From contig CAZJUB010000013.1 in NCBI GenBank assembly GCA_964549075.1, positions 1 through 52,147 on the forward strand: DNA of 52,147 bases, given 5' to 3'. Below the pieces are notes generated by a model. It worked only from the letters and a program-made list of their open reading frames with translations. It was not told the DNA's origin and made no database searches. This document shows, piece after piece, positions 38,351-48,443 of this stretch. Both the position numbers and the translations under genes were made by a program. Origin of the DNA: an uncultured archaeon (GTDB lineage Archaea; Asgardarchaeota; Heimdallarchaeia; Heimdallarchaeales; Heimdallarchaeaceae). Positions within the stretch are counted from its first letter, which is position 1. Each line of letters starts with the position of its first letter.

Positions 38351-38407
38351 TAAAAATAGAAGAAAAGAAAGAAGAAAAAGAAAAGGAAAAGGAAAAGAGA
38401 AGGAGGA
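38351..38407 (-). terminator. Long oligo-pyrimidine terminator after the pilin-like gene
   Basis: About 55-nt purine tract on + (T/C tract on -) directly after the stop at 38408. Confidence 0.6.
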
Positions 38408-40228
38408 TTACATATCGAATTCGAATACTTCCCAGCCTGTATATGCTGTACTTTCAACATAGAAGGATATGGTGAAATATACGTTTGTTGGACGGTCACC
38501 ATAGTCGAATTGTATAGTTAGATGGTGATCAATTAATGTTGTTATATTGACTCCACCTTGAGCAGAAGCAACATCGTATTCTACATCTTCTAGATAAGGA
38601 CCGCCTACATCATTTAACCAGTATTGAGCGACAGTATCATCATAGACTGTGAATACTTCATCAATTCTATTATTACCTCCCCAGTTAATCTTGAATTTAG
38701 TAATAGTTAATGGCACACTTGGGACTTGACTCCTAACATTGAAGGTCATTAATCCTCTAACACCTGGGAATATCCACCATCCATTTCTTCCATCTGTAAC
38801 TGTAGCACCGTATACACTTAAGACATCATTATCTACTTGTATCTGAGGTAATATTGATGAATTTCCGTTTGCATTTTTGGATAAATCATAAACTTGAGTA
38901 ATCAATGTATAATTATCATCTGGAAGTACGAAACTGCTAAAGTGCAATGTCCATGTTTTGGTATAAATATTATACGTAGCTTGGTGTTCTACACTTTGTT
39001 GATAAAGATATGTAAATGATGTTGTAAGACTGAAGAAATAAACATCAAATCTAGAAGTATCTATCCCTGAAGCATCATCAGCGTATACAATAATGTCAAT
39101 CGTTTCAGATAGGACTGCTTGAGAATCATTTGCTGGTGAGATAATGTAGCTTGAAGGTGCTAATACGTCTATTAGAGAAAATGCTTTTCCTGCACTGTTC
39201 AGATTACCAACTGCGTCTTTTACAAATATTGTAAATGTAAAGTCATCCTCTGCCATTACTAGTGTTTTTACGCCTGTTAGTGTATAAGAAGTTGTCACTT
39301 CACTACTTGAGGTAAAAACAGATTCTGATCCATAACTATCGCCTGAGAGTACTAATGTTTGATTAATAAGAGGTGCTCCTCCAATTATATCAGTAAAAAT
39401 CCAACTTGCTTCTATTGCATCTCCTTGATTGATAATTGAAGCATTGAGGCTTAAATCAACACCTATCGCATGATTATCAATGTTAAATGTACTTGTTTCA
39501 ATCACAGATTGGTTAAGTTCGTCATGTACTGAATATATAAGTTGATAACCAGTATCATCTGCATAGTCTGTTGAATCAATATTTGTAGCTAAAGGCTCAT
39601 CATTTAATTCAACGGATAGATCAGGTAGAATAAAATCATATGTTATACCTGAAGCACGATAACCTCCAGAAACAACAACTTGTGGGTCGATAATTCCACT
39701 TACCCAACTGTTGTCAGCTGGATTTAATATTGTTAATTGTAAAGACTGAATAAGACATTTATAATTCAAATTTTCAGGTGCTATCACTTCTAAACCTTCA
39801 CCGTATGTTAAAGCTATTCGGATGGAATTTTCTCCTACTGCTATATATTCTGAAGGATCAAACGATACAGCAATATCCAATCTTGCTGTAACATCAAGCG
39901 TTAACGGTAGTTCTTCAACGACAAGTTCAGCATTTTCTATTGTCGTAGTTTCTTCCACTACATCATTCAAGATAGTTATAGAGATATTTGTAATGGTAGT
40001 ACTCGCTGAACCTGAGTTTTGTAAAGTGATATAGACTAAATCTGCAACAGCATCACCATCACTATCAAACCATTGAGTTGTAACGAAATCCACACTCGAA
40101 GATCCTCGTAGTAATGGAACAACTATGAAATAAACCATAGCACTTGCTGCTACTACTAAACTAATAAGTAGAACAGTTGCAATTACTGGTGAAACTGCTC
40201 GTTTTCCTTTTCTAATCTTCTTAATCAT
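38408..40228 (-). CDS. Large archaeal type IV pilin/archaellin-like surface protein with Ig-like domains
   Basis: Strand corrected to minus (CAT at 40226-40228, TTA at 38408-38410). Class III signal peptide KGKRA|VSPVIATVLLISLVVAASAMVY; Ig-like segments (ILNPADNSWVSG, VKDAVGN, IISPANDS); AGAGGT RBS. Confidence 0.88.
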   Translation of the reverse strand: MIKKIRKGKRAVSPVIATVLLISLVVAASAMVYFIVVPLLRGSSSVDFVTTQWFDSDGDAVADLVYITLQNSGSASTTITNISITILNDVVEETTTIENAELVVEELPLTLDVTARLDIAVSFDPSEYIAVGENSIRIALTYGEGLEVIAPENLNYKCLIQSLQLTILNPADNSWVSGIIDPQVVVSGGYRASGITYDFILPDLSVELNDEPLATNIDSTDYADDTGYQLIYSVHDELNQSVIETSTFNIDNHAIGVDLSLNASIINQGDAIEASWIFTDIIGGAPLINQTLVLSGDSYGSESVFTSSSEVTTSYTLTGVKTLVMAEDDFTFTIFVKDAVGNLNSAGKAFSLIDVLAPSSYIISPANDSQAVLSETIDIIVYADDASGIDTSRFDVYFFSLTTSFTYLYQQSVEHQATYNIYTKTWTLHFSSFVLPDDNYTLITQVYDLSKNANGNSSILPQIQVDNDVLSVYGATVTDGRNGWWIFPGVRGLMTFNVRSQVPSVPLTITKFKINWGGNNRIDEVFTVYDDTVAQYWLNDVGGPYLEDVEYDVASAQGGVNITTLIDHHLTIQFDYGDRPTNVYFTISFYVESTAYTGWEVFEFDM

Positions 40229-40360
40229 ATAATTACCTCTAAAGGGTTACTATAAATTATAACATATTATAAGGTAATAAATCTTATTGCTGTACTAGTG
40301 ACAACTTGTAGTTAAAACGAATAACTTATAACTACTGTTCTAACTCGGAGACTTAGAGAA

Positions 40361-41011
40361 ATGACACAAGAAAAAAAGGTTACTGTAAAAAAACCAGCAT
40401 ATATTGAAAATGATAAGCTAGCAGATGAGATAAGAGATCTTATGAAAAGAAAGAATAAATTATACTTCAATATCATGGGTTCAATAGGCGCAGGGAAGAC
40501 TCTTTTGCTTGAAAGGATGGCTGAAAAATTAGCTCCACTTTACAAGGTTTTCGTGATAAATGGAGATGTAGCTACAACAATCGATGCAGACCGTATAGCA
40601 AAAAGAGGAGTAGATACAGTACAAATCAATACTGGAGGGGGATGTCATTTGAATGCGAAATTGATTAAAAATGAATTAGATAAAATCAATATAGATGATT
40701 ATGATATCTTCTTTGCAGAAAATGTTGGTAACTTAATTTGTCCTTCTGCATGGGATGTAGGAGCTCAGAAAAACATAGTTGTTGTAAGTATTACTGAAGG
40801 AGAATATGTGATTAAGAAACATCCAATAATTTTCAAAGGTGCTCAAATAGCTGTAATAAATAAATGTGATTTAGATGGTATGGGGTTCAATTCTGAAACA
40901 CTTGTAGAAGATGCTAAGAAAATAAAATCAGGTATGGAAGTTATATGTACAAGTGCTAAAGAAAGTACAGGAATTAATGAGTTTATAGCTGCTCTTGGCA
41001 TTAAGATATAA
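40361..41011 (+). CDS. hypB: Hydrogenase nickel incorporation GTPase HypB
   Basis: GSIGAGKT, GDVAT..DA, TGGGCHL, ENVGNLICP, NKCD. Confidence 0.95.
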   Translation: MTQEKKVTVKKPAYIENDKLADEIRDLMKRKNKLYFNIMGSIGAGKTLLLERMAEKLAPLYKVFVINGDVATTIDADRIAKRGVDTVQINTGGGCHLNAKLIKNELDKINIDDYDIFFAENVGNLICPSAWDVGAQKNIVVVSITEGEYVIKKHPIIFKGAQIAVINKCDLDGMGFNSETLVEDAKKIKSGMEVICTSAKESTGINEFIAALGIKI

Positions 41012-41023
41012 GGATTGTAAAAT

Positions 41024-41395
41024 ATGCATGAATATAGTCTTGCTTCAGCTATAATAAATCAAGTAAAACAAGTAGTGAGAGAGTATAAAGCTGTAAAAGT
41101 TAATAAAATCATTGTTTCAGCTGACCCATATGAAATGATTATACCAGATTTGTTACAAGATGCTTATAAAATGATAACAGATGAGCTTGAGATTTTTGCA
41201 GATTCTAAATTAGAATTGCTCAAATTACCTGCAGAAATAACTTGCATTGACTGTGACTATAAAGGAGAACCTGCAGAAGAAGGAGATAAGGAATTTGCTT
41301 TTAATTTCAAATGCCCTAAATGCGGTTCTCGAGACACTCACCTTAATATTAGACACCTTACAATTGAATCTGTAGACCTTGAGATACCAGAATAA
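41024..41395 (+). CDS. hypA: Hydrogenase maturation nickel metallochaperone HypA
   Basis: MHEYSLA N-terminus, CIDC...CPKCGS. Confidence 0.93.
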   Translation: MHEYSLASAIINQVKQVVREYKAVKVNKIIVSADPYEMIIPDLLQDAYKMITDELEIFADSKLELLKLPAEITCIDCDYKGEPAEEGDKEFAFNFKCPKCGSRDTHLNIRHLTIESVDLEIPE

Positions 41396-41448
41396 TTTTT
41401 CATCTTTTCTTGGAAAAATATAAAAGCAACAGACTATAAAATAAACGC

Positions 41449-41646
41449 ATGAAGAAAGTTCTCAAAATTATTGGCGGAATACTTTCTGGCATTGTTATAG
41501 TGCCAGTAGCACTTAGTCTAGCTCTTGTAATTGGTATAATAGTTGTTTTGATAGTCTTAATTGTAAAGCTATTCAGATTGATTACCTTCGCAGATTTAAG
41601 AAAAAAGAGAAGGAAATCTAAAGAGAAAGAAGTTAAAGAGAGCTAA
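41449..41646 (+). CDS. Small membrane protein
   Basis: Long hydrophobic stretch followed by a basic tail; ATG start. Confidence 0.55.
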   Translation: MKKVLKIIGGILSGIVIVPVALSLALVIGIIVVLIVLIVKLFRLITFADLRKKRRKSKEKEVKES

Positions 41647-42416
41647 GAAAATTCAATAAAATTAAGAGATACTTTTGATGTTGTAAGATAAACATCATCT
41701 TTTTTTATTTTGTTTTCTTTAATAAAATCATCTAACTGCTGCAAAGATACTTCAAAGATACTTTGATCGACATCCCATAAGCTTGAAAAAGATTTTTTGA
41801 CAATACCATCATAAATTTGGAGATTCGCAATAGAATTTTCAACAATTTTTGTTTTTTCTAATATAGTAACATCGAACTTTCTTATATATCGCTCGAAGCC
41901 TATTGATTTTGGTTCATCTTCCCTTGTAATATTCCAACCGTTTTCATGTAATATTTCAAAGAATTTGACATAGAAGGGATGTAATTTTGTTTCAGTATAA
42001 GCACTACCAACTACAAACACTTTACTAATATTAACAAGCTGTTCGAAAAATTCATCATAATGTCTTATGAGATGAACTATCTGAATTAAGAGAATAGCTT
42101 GAAAAATCCTTGAGAAAGGTAATGAAAAACCATCAGCTATCAGAGGATAACAAGGAGGATTTATCGATTTTAAATTTAGAAGTTTCAACATTTCTTTTGC
42201 GATATCTACCCCAAACATCTGGTATTTTTCTGATGAGAGCAAAGATTCTATTCTACCAGTTCCTATACCTATCGATAGTAAATTGTAGGGAGGGCTTAAG
42301 TATTTTGATTCCAAGTAATCCTGAACCTCTTTGATGAAAAAAGCTATAAGTTGAGAAGGAATTACTCTTGTTTCATCATAACTCTGTGCTATTCTATCGT
42401 AATTCCAGTATTTCAT
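41643..42416 (-). CDS. Class I SAM-dependent methyltransferase
   Basis: YDRIAQSYDETR, LSIGIGTGR, GVDIAKEML, ADGFSLPF; start set to ATG 42416 just after the peptidase stop. Confidence 0.85.
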   Translation of the reverse strand: MKYWNYDRIAQSYDETRVIPSQLIAFFIKEVQDYLESKYLSPPYNLLSIGIGTGRIESLLSSEKYQMFGVDIAKEMLKLLNLKSINPPCYPLIADGFSLPFSRIFQAILLIQIVHLIRHYDEFFEQLVNISKVFVVGSAYTETKLHPFYVKFFEILHENGWNITREDEPKSIGFERYIRKFDVTILEKTKIVENSIANLQIYDGIVKKSFSSLWDVDQSIFEVSLQQLDDFIKENKIKKDDVYLTTSKVSLNFIEFS

Positions 42417-42417
42417 T

Positions 42418-43503
42418 TTATTTCCACAAATATCTATCAAATTCTACTAGACGTTTAGATTTTTCTTCTACTAACACATCATCTTCGATACGTATACCAA
42501 ATTTTCCAGGAACATAAATTCCAGGTTCATCTGTATGAACATTCCCTTTCACTAAAGGTTTATTGTTTCCTTTGACTATGTAAGGTTCTTCGTGGACTTG
42601 TAATCCTAGACCATGTCCTAATCGATGAGTAAAATACTTACCATACCCAGCTTTTTCTATTACTCCTCTAGCTACAAAATCCACTTCTTCAGCTGGTACT
42701 CCAGTTTTGGATTTTTCAAGTGCTGCAAAATTTGCTTCTTCTACTATAGAGTATATTTTTTTGAACTCATCTGAAGCTTTTCCAAAAACACTAGTTACAG
42801 TAATATCAGCAAAATAATGTTCACAAGATGTTCCTGCATCTATCAGAATCACACTTTCTTCCTTCAATTTCTTATTTGAAGGCTTTCCATGGGGGACTGC
42901 ACTATTTTCATCAATTTGAACTAGAGCCCAACTCATTTCGCTAGAAAGTAGAGTCATTTGTTCTTGGGCAAGTTTCAATATTTCCAACTCCGTTTGCCCT
43001 TCATTTATTAAATTCAAAGTGTTAATTATCCCCTCTTTTGTAAATTCTGCTGCTTTAACCATTCTTTCAATTTCTGTTTCATTCTTAATAGATCGTAATT
43101 CATTAAAAATTTCGCCACCATTTACAAAGTCACATGAAGGAAACTGCTTTTTTAATTTCATATAGATTTCAAATGGCATTGTAGGCTCTAAAGCAATTTT
43201 CTTTGGCTCATAAGAAATTGTCTTTTTAAGCACAGAATAAGGGTTTTCTTCCTCTTTCCATGTTGTTACATCATCAAAAGTCGTTTGTATTTGCATATTT
43301 TCTTTTTCAAAAAATGGCGCTATAAGCAAAGAATCTTCAGTTTTATCAATTACTCCACAGATTAATCTCTCGCTCAAAGAAAGATATCCTCTGAACATGT
43401 AGAAGAAGTTTATCGACGGAACTACCATCATCATATCAATATTTTGTGTTTGTAATTTCTTTTTTACTAACTTCTGTCGTTCTAGAAAGTCTATTGGTTT
43501 CAC
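42418..43503 (-). CDS. Xaa-Pro aminopeptidase/dipeptidase (M24B)
   Basis: Creatinase-like N-domain; PHG, IDAG, ADIT, HRLGHGLGLQVHEEP, EPGIY, GIRIEDD. Confidence 0.95.
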   Translation of the reverse strand: MKPIDFLERQKLVKKKLQTQNIDMMMVVPSINFFYMFRGYLSLSERLICGVIDKTEDSLLIAPFFEKENMQIQTTFDDVTTWKEEENPYSVLKKTISYEPKKIALEPTMPFEIYMKLKKQFPSCDFVNGGEIFNELRSIKNETEIERMVKAAEFTKEGIINTLNLINEGQTELEILKLAQEQMTLLSSEMSWALVQIDENSAVPHGKPSNKKLKEESVILIDAGTSCEHYFADITVTSVFGKASDEFKKIYSIVEEANFAALEKSKTGVPAEEVDFVARGVIEKAGYGKYFTHRLGHGLGLQVHEEPYIVKGNNKPLVKGNVHTDEPGIYVPGKFGIRIEDDVLVEEKSKRLVEFDRYLWK

Positions 43504-43589
43504 ACTATTTGATTCTGTTTTGATTATTTAGATTTTTTGCAGTCTTTCTAGACAAAACATTTATTGAACTAGACAACAAATCTATTATC

Positions 43590-45884
43590 ATGCATCTCTC
43601 TTTATTAGATACACGTCCTTTCAATAAATTTGTTGAAATGGAATTAGAACGAGATACCCTATATCATTCGTTCACTACTTTAGATGAACCTAAAGAAATT
43701 TCAGAAGCTTGGGTATCTTTTGCTGAATCTTGTTCTAGAAATCTATCTGCTATTAACAATCTTGCTGATATGGCAATAGAAAGAATCTATGATGTTTTAT
43801 TTGATGTGGTTCGAGGCAAAGACAATCCTCTTCCTCTTCATCAATTACTTTATGGAGATTTTAGAAATCAAGTTATGGCTTTAAATCAATTTGAGTTACA
43901 ACTAAGTGTTCTAACATATGTATATTCTCAAGTAAGGAATAGAGGAGTTTTTGGTCATTCTCCCTCAACAAGCCAATATATTTACTACATAACCTCCAAA
44001 GAGTCAATTGATAGAATTCTATATAGGGTTCTTAATGATCAATTACCACCAATTGAAGTTGAAAGCTTCACTCCAGCCCCCACAAAAACTGATATTCTCA
44101 GAGTCCTTATGCCACTAGTACAACTAGAAAATCAAAAAAGACTTTTGCCAATCTATGATAGCCTTCCGGATAGTAAAGACGATCCTTCCGTTCTCCTTGT
44201 AAAGAGCGAATACGACTATATCCAAGGAGTTACGCTTGTTTCTCATATTATCGATATTTCACGAAAAGCATCACAAGATTTCTGGTGGGGAGATCCGATC
44301 TCAGAATTATCGATACTCAATCATGCTAGAGAGCATTTTGAAACAACTCTTGAATATCTCAGTAAAACGTCTGAGAAACAAGGTAATAGAGCATATACAA
44401 TTAAAAATGAGTTTTTACCTCTAGTAGATGCGCATTCTTCAATCTCACTCGTACAACATTTCAAATATCTTGCGAAAAATGCAATGGAGACAGGTGATTT
44501 GGACCATGCTTCATCTTATTACAGTAAAGCACTAAAAGAATATGAGACAGCTTGCAAACTGCTAAACTCTACTGATAATCCGGATAGTAATATAATCTAT
44601 AAACAACTTCAACAAGATGAATCTGAATTAAAAATTCTTGATTCACTATCAAAACTTGGATTGAAATATTCAAGCATCGTCGATCATCTTTACAATCAGA
44701 AATATGAGAAAGCTCTAGATGAATTTGTTGGATTAGACAAATTAATCGCTAGAATGGAAACAGTAGGTTCATTACCTTTTATTTATGGAGTAAGTGTTGC
44801 TTATTCTTCAGCTGCAACAATTACAACAGAATTATTAGAACAAGATCTCTCTCACTTGAGTATCATTGATAGGTTAATTTCACAATTCACTTTTCCGTTA
44901 AAAGCTATGAGCGCTGCTTTATCTGATATCTATCTTAATCTTTTAAAAATAGATGATGAAAGACCAATTAAAAGCTTTGATGAATTAGAAGAATTAAATG
45001 AAAAATTATCATACTTAGAAAAAGCAATTGAGTTACTTCCTTCATTTTTACCAGAAAGAGATGATCAACGTAAGAAAATACATGCAATAAGAAACTACGT
45101 CAAATCCTTGATCGCAGAAAATAAAATCTATCTGTTTGCAGACAATAACATTGTTCTTGATTTAATTTTACGTGCAAGAGCTCATTATTTTGCAAAGAAA
45201 GCTGACCAGAGTTTAACAGGTATTAAAAATAAAGAAAAACAACTAAATAGTCTTATCAATGATCGAATGATAGAAACGAAAACTGTAGGAATGGTTACAG
45301 AATCAAGTCTTGTTACTCTAGGCTTTCAAAGCACATATAAGAATGTAATTAGAAGTTTTATCGAAGAATTAGTGGACTTAACTCATGAAGCAGAAAGTCT
45401 TCCCAAATATCTTGGAGAATCAGTTGAAAAGCAATTTAAAGAAATGACAGAGTTTACTGAATTGATAGATTTAATTCTTTTAGACACCCAAGAATTGATT
45501 GCGATTAATAAAGATGTTTCCATCAAAGGTAATTTGATTAACTGGGATTTTGTAAAACGTAGGAACATATTTGGCCCAATAATTAAAAAAACATTTGAGG
45601 CAATCAAAGACATTTTACTTGCAGAGGTTTATCAGCTTACAGGTAAAAACGATATTGCAGCAGGATGGTACTCAACATCAGGCAATTTATTCTATGAAGT
45701 TAGTGAAAGCTTAGGGAAGATAGTAGAGTATCTAGAAGATCAAAAAGAATTACCTCAGATGATTTATACATTCTCATTATTCTGCAGAGAAAATGCAACT
45801 GCTATTAGAGATAGACGAAAAAAACAGCCAGTTCCTTATCAAGAACTTGTTTCAACTTTAGATTATCTTGTACTAAATCTTTAA
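43590..45884 (+). CDS. Large alpha-helical (TPR/solenoid-like) hypothetical protein
   Basis: Helical Leu/Glu-rich pattern; TPR-like segments LAKNAMETGDLDHASSYYSKALKEY and LAEVYQLTGKNDIAAGWYSTSG. Confidence 0.65.
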   Translation: MHLSLLDTRPFNKFVEMELERDTLYHSFTTLDEPKEISEAWVSFAESCSRNLSAINNLADMAIERIYDVLFDVVRGKDNPLPLHQLLYGDFRNQVMALNQFELQLSVLTYVYSQVRNRGVFGHSPSTSQYIYYITSKESIDRILYRVLNDQLPPIEVESFTPAPTKTDILRVLMPLVQLENQKRLLPIYDSLPDSKDDPSVLLVKSEYDYIQGVTLVSHIIDISRKASQDFWWGDPISELSILNHAREHFETTLEYLSKTSEKQGNRAYTIKNEFLPLVDAHSSISLVQHFKYLAKNAMETGDLDHASSYYSKALKEYETACKLLNSTDNPDSNIIYKQLQQDESELKILDSLSKLGLKYSSIVDHLYNQKYEKALDEFVGLDKLIARMETVGSLPFIYGVSVAYSSAATITTELLEQDLSHLSIIDRLISQFTFPLKAMSAALSDIYLNLLKIDDERPIKSFDELEELNEKLSYLEKAIELLPSFLPERDDQRKKIHAIRNYVKSLIAENKIYLFADNNIVLDLILRARAHYFAKKADQSLTGIKNKEKQLNSLINDRMIETKTVGMVTESSLVTLGFQSTYKNVIRSFIEELVDLTHEAESLPKYLGESVEKQFKEMTEFTELIDLILLDTQELIAINKDVSIKGNLINWDFVKRRNIFGPIIKKTFEAIKDILLAEVYQLTGKNDIAAGWYSTSGNLFYEVSESLGKIVEYLEDQKELPQMIYTFSLFCRENATAIRDRRKKQPVPYQELVSTLDYLVLNL

Positions 45885-45915
45885 TCCTTTCTTTTTCTTC
45901 TTTTCTCTTTCCTTC
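45885..45915 (+). terminator. Oligo-pyrimidine terminator
   Basis: TCCTTTCTTTTTCTTCTTTTCTCTTTCCTTC right after the stop. Confidence 0.55.
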
Positions 45916-45970
45916 AAATTCCTAAAACTTAAGATTTAAAATGCTAGTTGATGATGTTTGGTAGAATTAT

Positions 45971-46879
45971 ATGGAAGATCTACTTAAATTTGAGAAGAAA
46001 GGTATTCCAATTACAATAATAGGCTTACCCTATGTAGGAAAAACCACACTAGTCAATTGGATTAAGGACGAGAAATTTACTAGACCAAAACCGTCTATTG
46101 GAGTAAATTTTGAGCAAATCGAGATAGGAGGTTTAATTCTCAATATTTTCGATATTTCTGGGCACAAATCCTACAGATCGACAATTTGGAAATCTTATAT
46201 TATGACTTCAGTTGGTATCATCTTCGTTTTAGATTCATCTGATAAAGATCATATAGATGAAGCAGCCAAGTGGTTCTGGATTATAGTAGATGATTGGTTA
46301 AAGGGGAGATATTCTGATAAAGTTATACTCTTTCTAGCAAACAAGTCAGATCTTAAAAATTCTTTAGATGTTGAGCAGATTATGAATAAACTCAGCCTTA
46401 CTAAAATGTCTAATTATTCAGATCTTTCATTTCAAATATTTAAAACTTCTATTAGAGAAAACACAAATATAGACTATTCAATGAAGTGGTTTGTTAAAAA
46501 AGTAAAACAACTTGTTGAGCTTCAAAGTATAAAACCTGAAGCTATTTTGATTTCAGACACTTCTGGGAATGTCTTGACTATGTACGACCCCAAAAAAATA
46601 GTTGAAGATCCAGATATGTTTGTAGGGTATCTTAAAGCTTTAAGTGGTTTTACAAATGAGTTATTAGGACATGAAAAATTTAAAGTGATTAAGGTGGAAC
46701 CACACTTTTATTTTATTACTGAAGAAAATCAATATAATATTTCTATAGCTGTAAGTGATGAAAGAATATTACCTGAAGCTAGAAGACTTTCTTTTCTTAT
46801 ATTTCACTATATAGAGGAAAATAAGGATAGTTTAGACTCTAAAGAATTGAATAGATATGTACATACTTTGTTCTCATAA
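45971..46879 (+). CDS. Arf-like small GTPase fused to C-terminal longin-like domain
   Basis: GLPYVGKTT, PSIGVN, FDISGH, IWKSY, GIIFVLDSSD, ANKSD; C-terminal AILISDTSGNVL...DPDMFVGYLKALSGFTNEL...IKV longin-type pattern. Confidence 0.85.
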   Translation: MEDLLKFEKKGIPITIIGLPYVGKTTLVNWIKDEKFTRPKPSIGVNFEQIEIGGLILNIFDISGHKSYRSTIWKSYIMTSVGIIFVLDSSDKDHIDEAAKWFWIIVDDWLKGRYSDKVILFLANKSDLKNSLDVEQIMNKLSLTKMSNYSDLSFQIFKTSIRENTNIDYSMKWFVKKVKQLVELQSIKPEAILISDTSGNVLTMYDPKKIVEDPDMFVGYLKALSGFTNELLGHEKFKVIKVEPHFYFITEENQYNISIAVSDERILPEARRLSFLIFHYIEENKDSLDSKELNRYVHTLFS

Positions 46880-46974
46880 AAAGAGAAAAGATTTTATAGA
46901 TAAATAGATGGGGTAATTCCACAAAGAATATAAAGTCTTTATAATTATCTTCTTTGTATCGAAAGGTGAAAGAT

Positions 46975-47565
46975 ATGGACTGTAAATTCTGCAAACTAGA
47001 AAACATTAAACTCATGGATGATAAAACAACTTTCAGATGTCAATATTGCGGATATTCTTTTGAAGCTTCTAAAGCAGCTATTTTATATGATAAGCTTATG
47101 TCTATGCCATTAAATTCTTGGTTATTAGCATCAATTCTTTGGTTTTCAGCAATGCTCACTGGAATTCTCTTTGGTCTTGGATTTACCAGTGGATCTCTAA
47201 ATACCACAGTTATTTTCTTATTCTTGTATGGAGCAGCAGCATTCATTTATGGTTTTTCAACATCTCTTGATTACATGCAAGGAATTTGGATGTGGATTAA
47301 ATCAACTTTAAGACATGGAAGAAGAGCAGATTTTGAAGAAATAAAGAAAGAAGTACAAATTTTAAGAAAGAAGAAAATCGTTAGTGAGATGGCAACTGGA
47401 CAGTCATTAGATAGCCTAACAGGGAGCTTCATTGATACAGATATCAGACCAGGTGAAAAACGAGTTCCAAAACTTGCTCCTTCATTCTTAGCAGGTTTAT
47501 ATTCCATAGTACTTGCTGCATTGTTTTTAATTGTATTCAATCAAATATTCCCTCCTTTAATATAA
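46975..47565 (+). CDS. Zinc-ribbon membrane protein
   Basis: CKFC...CQYCG at the N-terminus, 2 TM, soluble segment, C-terminal TM; ATG 46975 with AGGTGA RBS. Confidence 0.7.
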   Translation: MDCKFCKLENIKLMDDKTTFRCQYCGYSFEASKAAILYDKLMSMPLNSWLLASILWFSAMLTGILFGLGFTSGSLNTTVIFLFLYGAAAFIYGFSTSLDYMQGIWMWIKSTLRHGRRADFEEIKKEVQILRKKKIVSEMATGQSLDSLTGSFIDTDIRPGEKRVPKLAPSFLAGLYSIVLAALFLIVFNQIFPPLI

Positions 47566-47566
47566 A

Positions 47567-48430
47567 CTAATTTTCTTCAATAATTAAAGAGCGTAAATAA
47601 AGGATATTCTTAATATCCCCCCTTATTTCATCTACTGGTGTTTCGAGTATCCAAGGTTTTGTTTTCAATTGTGAATTATTTATCATTGCACTGAACCCTT
47701 TCTCTCCTATTTCTCCTAAACCCAAGTGTTGATGTCTATCTAAGCTAGAGTTCAATTTACCAATAGAATCGTTGGCATGAACTAGAGTAATTGAATCTAC
47801 ACCAAAATTAGTTTGTATATCATCTAATGTATTTTCTACAGACTTTTTTGTTCGAAGATCATATCCAGAAGCAAAAGCATGACAGGTATCATAACAAACC
47901 TGAACAGCTGTTCTATCATTAATTTCTTCTAGAATTTTACCAATATTCTGATGAGATCCTGTCAATGAATTTGCACCTCCAGAAGAATTTTCTACAAGTA
48001 TTACGACTTTTCTTTCTGCATAACTTATCCCCTTAAGAATTGAATCAATATATTTGTTCATTCCTTTCTCGAAATTGCTACTTTTGTGTGATCCTCCATG
48101 AATAACAAAGTAAGGGACCTCTAAAGCTACACACCTACTTAATTCGTTTAGAAATGATTCTAGAGATTTTTTTGACACTTCAGGATCAGTAGAAGCAAGA
48201 TTAGGTAGATATGAGATATGCCCAAAAATAGGATCCAGCTTATATTGTTTTATTTTTCTTTTGAAATTCTGAATCTCTTCATCTGTTAGAGTTTTTACAG
48301 CCCATCCTCTTGGATTTTTTGTAAATATCTGAAATGTGTTACACTTACTTTTTAATGCTCTATCTATAGCTAAATCGATTGATTTTGAGATTGAAACATG
48401 ACAACCGATTTTAACTTCATTAGTATTCAT
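47567..48430 (-). CDS. nfo: Endonuclease IV (AP endonuclease)
   Basis: IGCHVS, QIFTKNPRGW, HISYLPNLAS, HGGSH, ENSSG, CYDTCHAFASGYDL, HANDS, DRHQHLG, ILETP. Confidence 0.95.
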   Translation of the reverse strand: MNTNEVKIGCHVSISKSIDLAIDRALKSKCNTFQIFTKNPRGWAVKTLTDEEIQNFKRKIKQYKLDPIFGHISYLPNLASTDPEVSKKSLESFLNELSRCVALEVPYFVIHGGSHKSSNFEKGMNKYIDSILKGISYAERKVVILVENSSGGANSLTGSHQNIGKILEEINDRTAVQVCYDTCHAFASGYDLRTKKSVENTLDDIQTNFGVDSITLVHANDSIGKLNSSLDRHQHLGLGEIGEKGFSAMINNSQLKTKPWILETPVDEIRGDIKNILYLRSLIIEEN

Positions 48431-48443
48431 ATTTAACACATGG

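Noticed and set aside
38408-40228. Plus-strand assignment in the ORF track
   Set aside because: The + strand begins TTA and ends CAT; the listed protein is the reverse-complement translation.
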